Origin: Dipteris shenzhenensis
Taxonomy: Eukaryota
Assembly (NCBI GenBank): GCA_047967505.1
Contig: CM106538.1
Strand: one strand, 5' to 3'
Length of the DNA stretch: 64,000 bases
This document shows, piece after piece, positions 40,101 to 48,264 of the stretch; positions within the stretch are counted from its first letter, which is position 1, and every line of letters starts with the position of its first letter. The translations under genes and the position numbers were made by a program. The notes under the pieces were generated by a model, which saw only the letters and a list, made by a program, of their open reading frames with translations, was not told where the DNA came from and did not search any database.

Positions 40101-41693
40101 TGGTGTATGAGAAGAAATGAAAAAGTATTTGATAAGAAATATTCGAAGAAATATATATTCCATATCATGGACATTCTAAGAAATATGTATTCCATATCAT
40201 GGATACCATGGATATCTGGTGCTTGCTAAAGTAAAAAAAAATGATATGGATGCAATGATAATGTAGTCTTCTAGATTCTATGGTTTTAAATACCTACCTT
40301 ACAAATACATTATCTAATTTTGCATTCTTTCGACTAACCAACAAGTATTATACACATGGAATCATGGATATCTGATGGTTACTAAAGTAAAAAAATGATA
40401 TGGATGCAATGATAGTGTAGTCTTCTAGATTCTATGGTTTTAAATAACTACCTTACAAATACATTATCTAATTTTTCATTTTTTGACTAACTAACAAGTA
40501 TTATACATATGGAATAAAAGCATACATGCTAAAAGTAAGTGTGTAAATTTTAATATTTTCTAAATTTTAAAATTAATTTAATTCTTTTATTGACTACTTT
40601 TTAAAATTGAAAGGTTATTAGTATATAATCTACATAATTTTAAATGTTATTAATGTATAATATTAATTATTTATATATTTATTTAAATTTATATAATAAT
40701 TAATTTATATTTATATTAGTTTTTAAGTTAATAATGTATAGAAGAGCAATATATTCACTAATTCTTCATTGTTTTAAGACTAAGTATTATATAAAGCACA
40801 TATGCTAGAAGATCTCCTTTCAATTTTTTTCTTAAATTAATGTATTTATATATTTATTTATATAATAATTATATAATATTTATATTAATTTATAGATTAA
40901 TAATATATATTTTTAGTAAAATTATATTTTAACATTAGTTAATAAAAATTTAATTAATTATATTATGGGGTAAAAATATTATAAATGGATTTCTTATATT
41001 AATAAAGTGTAGTGAGAAGAGTTTTTTGAAAAGATTTATGATTGAATTTTGTTTTGAAGTTGTTGCGTACGCAATAGGTAGGACATTTGAGTGGTTTTGA
41101 GATTGATAGAGATATTTGTAATAACGTGTAGTGAGAAGAGTTTTTTGGAGGATTTGTGGTAAAATTTTGTTTTGAAGTTGTTGCGTACGCAATAGGTAGG
41201 GAGGTTTGAGTGCTTTTGAGGTTGAGAGAGAAATGTGTTATAGATTTTTTTTTTTTTAAAAGGAGTTTTTTGGAGAGATTTATGATTGAATTTTGTTTTG
41301 GAGTTGTTGCGTACGCAATAGGTAGGGAGGTTTGAGTGGCTTTGAGGTTGAGAGAGAAATTTGTAATAGATTTTTTTTTTTGGTTGATGAGTTTTTTTGA
41401 GAGATTTATGATTAAATTTTGTTTTGAAGTTGTTGCGTACGCAATAGGTAGGGTTTGAGTGTTAAATTTTGTTTTGAAGTTATTGCGTATGCAATAGGTA
41501 GGGAGGGGTTGTGAGAGTTTGAGTTAAAGAGGAAAATTTATGGAAAAAAAGATTTAATGCTAAAATGGTTTTTTAAGTTGTTGCGTACACACAAGTTTTT
41601 TAGAAAAAAATCGGATTTGAAAAAAAATTCAAATTTATAAAAACTTGATTCTTAGAAGTTCTTGCGTACGCAACAACTCACCTCTTGCATCAT
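34140..41693 (-). CDS. DDE/DDD transposase gene (Sola-like/DUF7869-like core). Predicted exon 1 41693-41682 (MMQE), exon 2 from 37915; one frameshift near 35990
   Basis: Core motifs: CKTC, ITIDGMDQ, LRIQADNYWRENKN, FLLVGHTHEDIDQIFS. The N-terminal ORF (37894-35966) has Tnp1/EnSpm-like VAFGRIHSLDP domains and a CCKRLC...PICNR Cys region. Splice signals: AG|GTGAGT donor at 41681, CTAAT branch and CAG acceptor at 37916; the splice is in frame. Confidence 0.85.
36975..37190 (-). repeat. Coding 48-bp (16-aa) tandem repeat LTGIEDLSCVASDSNR, ~4.5 copies
   Basis: gagtcacttgca recurs every 48 bp and stays in frame in ORF 35966-37894. Confidence 0.92.
38027..38233 (+). repeat. Degenerate plant telomere-type repeats (CCCTAAA)n
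   Basis: Runs of taaaccc/taaatcc/taaacac. Confidence 0.85.
38113..39440. repeat. ~1.3-kb fold-back (inverted-repeat arms) filled with nested palindromic units
   Basis: Arm ~38113-38290 is the reverse complement of ~39270-39440. The interior is built from ACCTGTTGCTYRAGCAACAGGT and TGTTGCACAAATCGAGAATTTTCTCGATTTGTGCAACA units joined by GGGGGTATATCC/GGATATACCCCC. Confidence 0.92.
39327..39710 (+). repeat. Degenerate plant telomere-type repeats (TTTAGGG)n
   Basis: Runs of tttaggg/tttagga that decay with distance from the fold-back. Confidence 0.85.
39800..40510. repeat. Two local tandem duplications (~120-150 bp each)
   Basis: ~39805-39920 repeats at ~39957-40060; ~40207-40360 repeats at ~40362-40514. 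Confidence 0.75.
41010..41680. repeat. AT-rich ~120-bp tandem array, each unit with TGTTGCGTACGCAATA
   Basis: Motif at 41061, 41179, 41305 and 41431, with variants at 41481, 41579 and 41660. Confidence 0.9.
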
Positions 41694-41789
41694 TTTGAAA
41701 ATTTTTGCGAATCCTGCAACAGGTTGATGAGAGAAGAGAAGCGTGGAGTGTAAACGAATGATCTTTGAATGAAAGAGAGAATGAAGAAT

Positions 41790-41885
41790 GTTCTACTTAT
41801 AGTGAACCTAAAAGAACTAAAAAAACCTTAAAAACTAAAAAAAGCGGACTTGACCTAAAAGCTATCCATTTCCTATAAAACTCTA
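41790..41885. promoter_or_regulatory. Candidate bidirectional promoter of the DNA transposon
   Basis: Plus-strand TATAAAA at 41874-41880 and minus-strand TATAAG at ~41796-41801. Each is followed by a pyrimidine-rich leader and a splice donor (41964 plus; 41681 minus). Confidence 0.65.
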
Positions 41886-41963
41886 CTTCTCCTCATTCTG
41901 TCTCACAACTCTCTTATTCTCTTTCACAACTCTCTCCTGGAGCTCCACCACCTCTCCACTCAG

Positions 41964-43832
41964 GTACTCCCTCCCTCCCTCTTCTCCAACTTCCTCTCTC
42001 CCCTCCCCTTCCCGTCCCTTCCCCTCTCCTCCCGCTTCTCCCCTCCCTTCCCTTCCCCCTTCTCCTCTCCTCCCTCCCCAAGGCCCCTTCCCTTCCCATT
42101 GCCTGCTCCCTCCTCCTTCCGTCCCCTTCCTTCCCTTCCCCCTGTCGTCGCTACCCCGCTCCCACCCCCCTCCGCCCCCCTTCCCTCTTCTCCGCCCTTC
42201 CCACTCCCCTCCCTCCCTCCGTCCCGCCCTCCGCCGCACCCCCCTCCTGCCCTGTCGTTGACCCTTTGCCCCCCCTTCCCTTCGCCCTCCCCTCCGTCCC
42301 TCCCTCCCTGCCGCCCTCCCCCCCTCCGCCTCCCCCTTTCCTCCCCTCCGCCCCCAAGCCCCCCCTTCCCTTCGCCCTCACCCCCGTCCCTCCCTCCCTG
42401 CCGCCCACCCACCCTCCCCCCCTCCGCCTCCCCCTTTCCTCCCTCCGCCCCCAACCCCCCGCCCCCTCCCGCCCTCCCCACGCCCCCCCCCGCCGGCGCG
42501 CCCGCCCCCTTCCGTCGTCGGAAGGGGACGGGCGCACCGGGGGGGGGGCGTGGGGAGGGCGGGAGGGGAGGGGAGGGGGGCGGGCGTGCCGGGAGGGGGG
42601 GTTGGGGGCGTGGCGAGGGCGGGGCGGGCGCGCCGGGAGGGGGGCTGGGGGCTGAGGGAGGGGGGGGTGTGGGGAAGGGGAGGGGGGGCAAGGGCGCCCC
42701 CCCCCCACCTGTTGCGCACGCAACAGGTGGGGGGGGGGCGCCCTTGCCCCCCCTCCCCTTCCCCTCGCGCCCGCCCCCCCTCCCCTCCCGCCCTCCCCAC
42801 GCCCCCCACCGCGCACGGGGGGGGGCGTGGGGAGGGGGGGAGGGTCGGGCGTGGGGGGGGCGGGAGGGGAGGGGGGGCGTGGGTGGGGCGGGGGGCGTCG
42901 CGAGGGCGGAGGGGGGGCGGGCGCGCCGGGAGGGGGGGCTGCGGGGGGTGGGGAAGGGGAGGGGGGCGAGGGCGCCCCCCAACCTGTTGCGTGCGCAACA
43001 GGTGGGGGGGTCAATCCCCCCCACCTGTTGCGCACGCAACAGGTGGGGGGGCGGCCCCCCCCACCTGTTGCGTGCGCAACAGGTGGGGGCTTCCCCCTCC
43101 CCTCCCGCCCTCCCCACGCCCCCCACCGCGCGCCCGCCCCCCTTCCGGACGGAAGGGGGCCCGCCCCCCCCTTCCGAACGGAAGGGGGGGCGTGGCGTGG
43201 GGGGCGCGGGAGGGGAGGGGGGGCGTGGGTGGGGCGCGGGGGGGCGTGGCGAGGGCGGAGGGGGGGCGGGCACGCCGGGAGAGGGGGCTGTGGGAGGCGG
43301 GGTGTGGGGAAGGGGAGGGGGGCGAGGCGCCCCCCAACCTGTTGCAACAGGTGGGGAGCTTCACCCCACCCGCCCCCCTTCCCTCCCATCCGCCCATCCC
43401 TCCCGCCTTCCCCTTCCCTCCCCCAACCCCTCCTTCCCGCCCCCCGCGCGCCTGTCCCTCTCCCCTCCGCCCCCACGTGCCCTCCCCTCCGCCCCGTTCC
43501 CTCCCCTCCAACCCTCGCACACCCCCGTCCTCCCCACGCCCCCGCGCGCGCGTTGAGAGGGGGGTTGGGGGCGGAGGGAAGGGGGGGTGGGGGAGCGCGA
43601 GAAAGGGAGGGGGGCATCGATGCCCCCACCTGTTGCGCACGCAACAGGTACCCCTCGCCCCCCTCCGCTTCCCTCCGCCCGCCCGACCCCCGCTCCTTCC
43701 TTCCCTTGCCCCTCCCCTTCCCTCACCACATGCACACACACGTGTGGAGAGGGAAGGGGAGGGGCAAGGGAAGGGGTGTGGGGAAGGAGCAAGGGGGAGG
43801 AGGGCGGGCGGAGGGAAGAGGTGGGCGTGGGT
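41964..43832. repeat. Extremely GC-rich low-complexity tract with G/C runs and embedded palindromes (predicted 5'-UTR intron)
   Basis: Alternating C-rich and G-rich blocks. ACCTGTTGCGYRCGCAACAGGT cores at 42710, 42985, 43026, 43066 and 43631. CCCTTCCG..CGGAAGGG hairpins near 42516, 43150 and 43178. Confidence 0.9.
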
Positions 43833-44012
43833 GATTAAAATAAACTAACTAATTAAAATAAAATAATTTAAAAAAATATTTTATTTTAAAAATTAAAAAT
43901 AAATAAAACTTAAAAAATATTTAATTAAAAATTTATTTAATATTTTGAGTTTGAAAATCATTGTATTTCTCATTTTTTATTTTTGATTGTTTTTCAGAAA
44001 ACTATAGCTTTC

Positions 44013-47000
44013 ATGGCTTCCAGTTTTGGTTCCAAGGTGTCTTTCAAATACCTTGAACATGCTTGGTATTTTATGGAGCGGAAATCAAAGTATTTTTTGG
44101 TGATCACTTCAGAGAACATATCAAGCCCGAAATATTCTGCAGAGGCAGTAAGAAATGGTGGCATGGTATCAAACATCAATATTAAAGAAAACAATTTAAT
44201 AGAAATTGTGTGCCAAGGAAAGAATGACGAGGTGGTTTACAAGTTACGAGTTACTCCGAAGCACTTCTTGAAACCGTTACCAGATTCAATTGAGGGATCC
44301 CAAGAATTACTTAATGCCTTAGAAGCATTGAAGAAAATGTGGGATGCATTTCCAAGTGGTGGTGTTGAACCTTCAGGGGCATTAATTATGCCATCTATTC
44401 AAGTACCGTCAATATCTGTGGCGGTAACTCCGATAACTCCAACAAGTGTAACTACAGTATCTCCAACTGTACCTATGCCATCGACTGCTGCAACTACAGG
44501 AACAAGAAGGAGTGATCGTGGAGTAGACTCAAGTGCTATAGCTATTCCTAGAAAGAGAGCAAAAATAACTCCTACTCCACGTGGAGATCGCTCAAGTGCA
44601 GGCTATTTAAAACCTGGCGAAAAATTGGATAGCGATGAAGAGAAAGATCAGCAAGAAGAAGATACAAGTCTCGAAGACTTTTCTATAAGTGTGGCGGACT
44701 TACATCCTCCAGAGGATGAGGGATACATTTGGGGATTTTCACAATTCAGCGTGGCCACAATGCTTATTGATCGAGCTTCATTGTTCACAAATCAAAGAAA
44801 GCTCGATAAGATATTTGCACGCAAATTGTATGAAGATACAAGGAAAACAAGAACTCCCGTTGCCACTAATATCACTCTTCGTCCTATGGCGTTTAAGAGA
44901 CTTCAAGAAGATGATCCCACATTGCCTGATGTCACATTTCAAAAGCGCGTGGACTTTCTTGATGCTTTTGAGAACTTTAGAAAGAGTGACTTTGTTCGTG
45001 GAGAGGCTTTGTATCAAAGCCGATATGGGAGTGACATCGAGAAGAGATACATGCTGGCAAAGAATAGATTCTTAGAAAGATGTAGGTTTGAGCCCATTGA
45101 TGGGCAACACTTTTGTGAGGCTTGCAGGATCGCCCTTGATGAGGGAAGAAAAGGAAACTTGCCACAGATTGAGTGGATGGAAAAGTTTCAACGGGTCATT
45201 TGTCATATATGCATATTTAATGATGACTCGAAGTACATTCTAGAATCAGAGAGGCTGAACTCTGCTCCATTTAGGTTGAAAAAAAGCTCTTCTCTTTCTG
45301 AGATCTTGATAAAGGCAAGGGAGTTATGGATGGGCTGTGGAAAGCCACAAACAGTGAAGGGCAGGAGACCTACATCAGAGTACATGACAAAGAGGACTCG
45401 GTTCTATAGATGCTTGAAAGGTGTTGTAAGCAATACGCAAGGCATACCAGGTAACAAGGTTGAGGCAAAGGATTTGAACACCGCTGTTGCAAGATATAGG
45501 GATGTTACCTGCATTGTCTTCCGTGAGGAATCAGTGTTTCAGAGCATCGTGGATGTTTGCCAAGCATATGAAACAGGAAAGATATCCTTTGAGGCACCAG
45601 AGCACATTGCAACTCAGAGGAAAGAAATAAAGAAACCGATGTCTATTGTTTGGTGGAGAGCTTTAAGGTTTGTTCCAGATGCAATAACAGAAGAAGTATG
45701 CAAGAAGATCCTAAGTGGTGACTGCTTCTTTGGAAAGAAGAGCAAGCATAGCAACTTAGATGAAGTGGTCACCCGAATGATTCAAAGTGAGGCTGCTCTC
45801 TCGGCACTATTATTTTTATTGAAATCTGATGATGAGTTAGCTGGCAAGTCAATTGATGTGGATAAGAAGAAAGCACTTAGCCTAGGTCAACTCCTTGATA
45901 AAACATGGGCTAGAAAGTGGTTGGCTTCAATGGATGCAGATGCCACACCAACAAAGGATCTAAGAGCTAAAATGCCAAAGGTTGTTGAGACAGAATATAT
46001 GGACATTAAGAAAAAGGCCTTGCAGTCCAGTACGCAAGGTAGAGCAATTGGTGGTTTAGATGATGGTTCTTCATTCAGCTTCTCTTATGATATCCTGCTA
46101 TCAGAGAATGATACAAAATTTGCACACATCAATGGCATTGATACGGAGCATTTCATAACAATGAGCGGTCATGCTTGGGAGAAGCCATGCGTATTTTTCA
46201 TAAATGAATTGCAAGACCTTGCAGTGTCACAGATAGTTGAACTTGTGCGGTTTATTGTTGAAGGTCCTATGGCAGATAAGAAAAGATCAACGTTGGTCCT
46301 GTTCGTGACAGAATCACAAAGGGATGCCCTATATGCGAGTTTGACATCTTCATTTGGGTATTTACTTTCAAAAGTATACCATGGTATAGTCCTGCGTAAT
46401 CATATGACTGTCTTGGAAGGCACTGCCATTCAAGTCTTGCAGCCTTTCTTGATGTGCTTCTTATCGAGGGGTGGTGGTAATCTAATCCAAACTCCTTTAA
46501 GGACTCTCGAGCTTCATTACTTTGAGGACCATAAGGTTAAGCTTGATGCAGCAATGGTGGATTACAGAAAGCCGATGGATCCTGATGTGATACTAGAGAT
46601 GACAAAGAATTTATTGAATGATGGGTGGGAAGTAGCATTGTATCGAATGGGTTTTGCTGCTGAGAAATTGCTACGGCAAGGTAAAAATGTAAATGTTATT
46701 GATACCCCCCATCAAATTGAGTTCTTTGACACATATTACAGTTGCACTACTTTCTTTGAGGAGGAAAATGTCAAAGAAGAGGGTAGTGAGTCTGAGGGTG
46801 ATGATTCTAGCTCAGGTGATGATGAGGATGAAAGCTCTGCATCCGATGACTTACGGCAAGAAGAAATCCGCACAAAGAATAAGGGTGATCAATTGTCAAC
46901 TAGAGTCAAGGAGGTTCCACTCATCATACGGGAAGGTTCACGGCAACAAGAAGTTACAGTAGTACAGCACGTCACAGGTAAAGGTAAGGCTAAAGAGGTG

Positions 47001-47417
47001 GAAGCACTTCCCTTAAAATTAAAAGTGAGAAAGGCACCCTTGATCTTGGATGAAGGACAGGCAAGTGGATCGATCTTGGGTGAAGGACAGGCAAGTGGAT
47101 CAAGCAAGGAAGCCTTACTCAAAGAAGGTATGGACGAGGCAAAGCATGACCAGGAGGAGTTACCAGGAGGCATAGATGGTTCTTCAACCATGACCTTACA
47201 GACTCCAGAGCAGCCTACTAGTCAGGAACCTAGTAGCCAGGTCCCTACTTACCAAGAACTTGGTCATGAGACTCTAGAGCAGCCTACTAGTCAGGTGCTT
47301 GGAACTGAAGAGCAAACTAGTAAGGACCTTGCTACTGAGACTCCAGTCTTAGAGCAGCCTATTAGTCAGGACCCTGGTAGTCAAGGGCCTGGCATTGAGG
47401 ACATTGGTACTGAGTAA
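44013..47417 (+). CDS. Intact ~1134-aa transposon-borne protein: ParB/Sulfiredoxin-like domain, degenerate N4/N6 DNA-MTase-like domain and acidic repetitive tail
   Basis: Uninterrupted 3.4-kb ORF; first ATG at 44013 just after a polypyrimidine-CAG acceptor (43997). NQRKLD..FARKLYE..NITLRP..FEPIDGQHFCEA (DGQH at 45099-45110). The MTase-like pattern spans ~46119-46730. Domain calls are by eye. Confidence 0.85.
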   Translation: MASSFGSKVSFKYLEHAWYFMERKSKYFLVITSENISSPKYSAEAVRNGGMVSNINIKENNLIEIVCQGKNDEVVYKLRVTPKHFLKPLPDSIEGSQELLNALEALKKMWDAFPSGGVEPSGALIMPSIQVPSISVAVTPITPTSVTTVSPTVPMPSTAATTGTRRSDRGVDSSAIAIPRKRAKITPTPRGDRSSAGYLKPGEKLDSDEEKDQQEEDTSLEDFSISVADLHPPEDEGYIWGFSQFSVATMLIDRASLFTNQRKLDKIFARKLYEDTRKTRTPVATNITLRPMAFKRLQEDDPTLPDVTFQKRVDFLDAFENFRKSDFVRGEALYQSRYGSDIEKRYMLAKNRFLERCRFEPIDGQHFCEACRIALDEGRKGNLPQIEWMEKFQRVICHICIFNDDSKYILESERLNSAPFRLKKSSSLSEILIKARELWMGCGKPQTVKGRRPTSEYMTKRTRFYRCLKGVVSNTQGIPGNKVEAKDLNTAVARYRDVTCIVFREESVFQSIVDVCQAYETGKISFEAPEHIATQRKEIKKPMSIVWWRALRFVPDAITEEVCKKILSGDCFFGKKSKHSNLDEVVTRMIQSEAALSALLFLLKSDDELAGKSIDVDKKKALSLGQLLDKTWARKWLASMDADATPTKDLRAKMPKVVETEYMDIKKKALQSSTQGRAIGGLDDGSSFSFSYDILLSENDTKFAHINGIDTEHFITMSGHAWEKPCVFFINELQDLAVSQIVELVRFIVEGPMADKKRSTLVLFVTESQRDALYASLTSSFGYLLSKVYHGIVLRNHMTVLEGTAIQVLQPFLMCFLSRGGGNLIQTPLRTLELHYFEDHKVKLDAAMVDYRKPMDPDVILEMTKNLLNDGWEVALYRMGFAAEKLLRQGKNVNVIDTPHQIEFFDTYYSCTTFFEEENVKEEGSESEGDDSSSGDDEDESSASDDLRQEEIRTKNKGDQLSTRVKEVPLIIREGSRQQEVTVVQHVTGKGKAKEVEALPLKLKVRKAPLILDEGQASGSILGEGQASGSSKEALLKEGMDEAKHDQEELPGGIDGSSTMTLQTPEQPTSQEPSSQVPTYQELGHETLEQPTSQVLGTEEQTSKDLATETPVLEQPISQDPGSQGPGIEDIGTE

Positions 47418-47559
47418 CATGTTGGCTAACGGCTTTGTAATCACAAGTTTTGAACTTCTATGTAAAGCTAATATCTAATGAAAAGTTTACTACTTTTTTT
47501 ATTTCTTTACTCTCATTATTATGTATAAAGATTGTTTATGAGGGCCATTTTATACTTAA

Positions 47560-48135
47560 CGGTGTTTTTTAATACCAAGTGTGGTGTATATGTACACTAC
47601 TTACACATAAAAGGATTTATCTACACTACCTTTCTAAGGGCTTTATGTACACCACCTTTCTAAAAGAAATGGTGATAAAGGTGTGTGCACACCACTTATA
47701 CATAAAGGTGTTTATTTACACCACCTTTCCAAGAGAATTGGTCATGTATTGGTCATCTATTGATGTTCTTACGTGATTATGAAGATGTTTATGTAGACCA
47801 CTTTGTAAGAGAATTGGTCATCTATTATTGGTCATGTATTGATGTTCTTAGGTGATAGTTGCTCAATTCACAAGAAGTTATAAAGATGTTTATGTAGACC
47901 ACTTTGCAAGAGATTTTTGTGAAGTTATGAAAATGTTTATGTAGACCCCTTTGTAAGAGATTTGGTTATGCATTGATTTTTGTGAAGTTATGAAAATGTT
48001 TATGTAGACCCCTTTGTAAGAGATTTGGTTATGCATTGATGTTCTTAGTACTTAATTATTAAATCTTTTGTTTTGAGTTGGCAAATCTAGTTCAAAATCA
48101 TTAAATCTTTTGTTTTGAGTTGGCAAATCTAGTTA
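47560..48135. repeat. Right subterminal tandem repeats of the DNA transposon
   Basis: Repeated atgtttatgtagacc.cttt units, a duplicated aaatcttttgttttgagttggcaaatctagtt, and GGTGT-N6-ACAC[C/T] palindromes at 47583 and 47707. Confidence 0.75.
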
Positions 48136-48208
48136 AAAAACAACATTACTAGTATATTCAAAATTTTTGGACTGTTTTTTAGTCCATTTCTCAAATTGGA
48201 CTTTACAC

Positions 48209-48235
48209 AAGTCCAAAAATTTTGAATAGTGTGTT
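48209..48235 (-). repeat. Right TIR
   Basis: Reverse complement of 33547-33573. A 19-bp internal inverted copy lies at 48155-48173. Confidence 0.95.
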
Positions 48236-48250
48236 GAGGATAGAGTTCCT

Positions 48251-48264
48251 GAAGAGGGAACGGA
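48251..48264 (+). promoter_or_regulatory. Polypurine tract of the Gypsy element
   Basis: GAAGAGGGAACGGA immediately before the 3' LTR TG. Confidence 0.9.

Larger units (their letters stand above)
33547..48235. mobile_element. 14.7-kb TIR DNA transposon (Sola-like transposase plus ParB/MTase-like second gene)
   Basis: Perfect 27-bp TIRs. Duplicated target GAGG (33543-33546 / 48236-48239), or TGAGGA if the TIR is read 1 bp shorter. Removing the element restores a normal Gypsy stop-PPT-LTR junction (ctctgaggatagagttcctgaagagggaacggatg). Confidence 0.93.

Noticed and set aside
38300-41680. CRISPR-like repeat-spacer arrays
   Set aside because: The intervening sequences are themselves repeated rather than unique spacers. 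There are no cas genes and the context is eukaryotic.
41883-43848. Numerous long Pro/Gly/Arg-rich ORFs in all frames
   Set aside because: Stop-codon-free by composition (extreme GC). They are open on both strands, and the tract lies in a predicted intron.
43983-47417. Bacterial contamination or a bona fide bacterial parABS locus
   Set aside because: No ParA gene or operon structure. The gene has spliceosomal signals and is nested with clean TSDs in a plant retrotransposon.
33547-48235. Polinton/Maverick, endogenous virus or Helitron
   Set aside because: No pPolB, capsid, packaging ATPase, retroviral-type integrase or Rep/helicase motifs. Short TIRs, a TSD and a DDE core indicate a cut-and-paste element.
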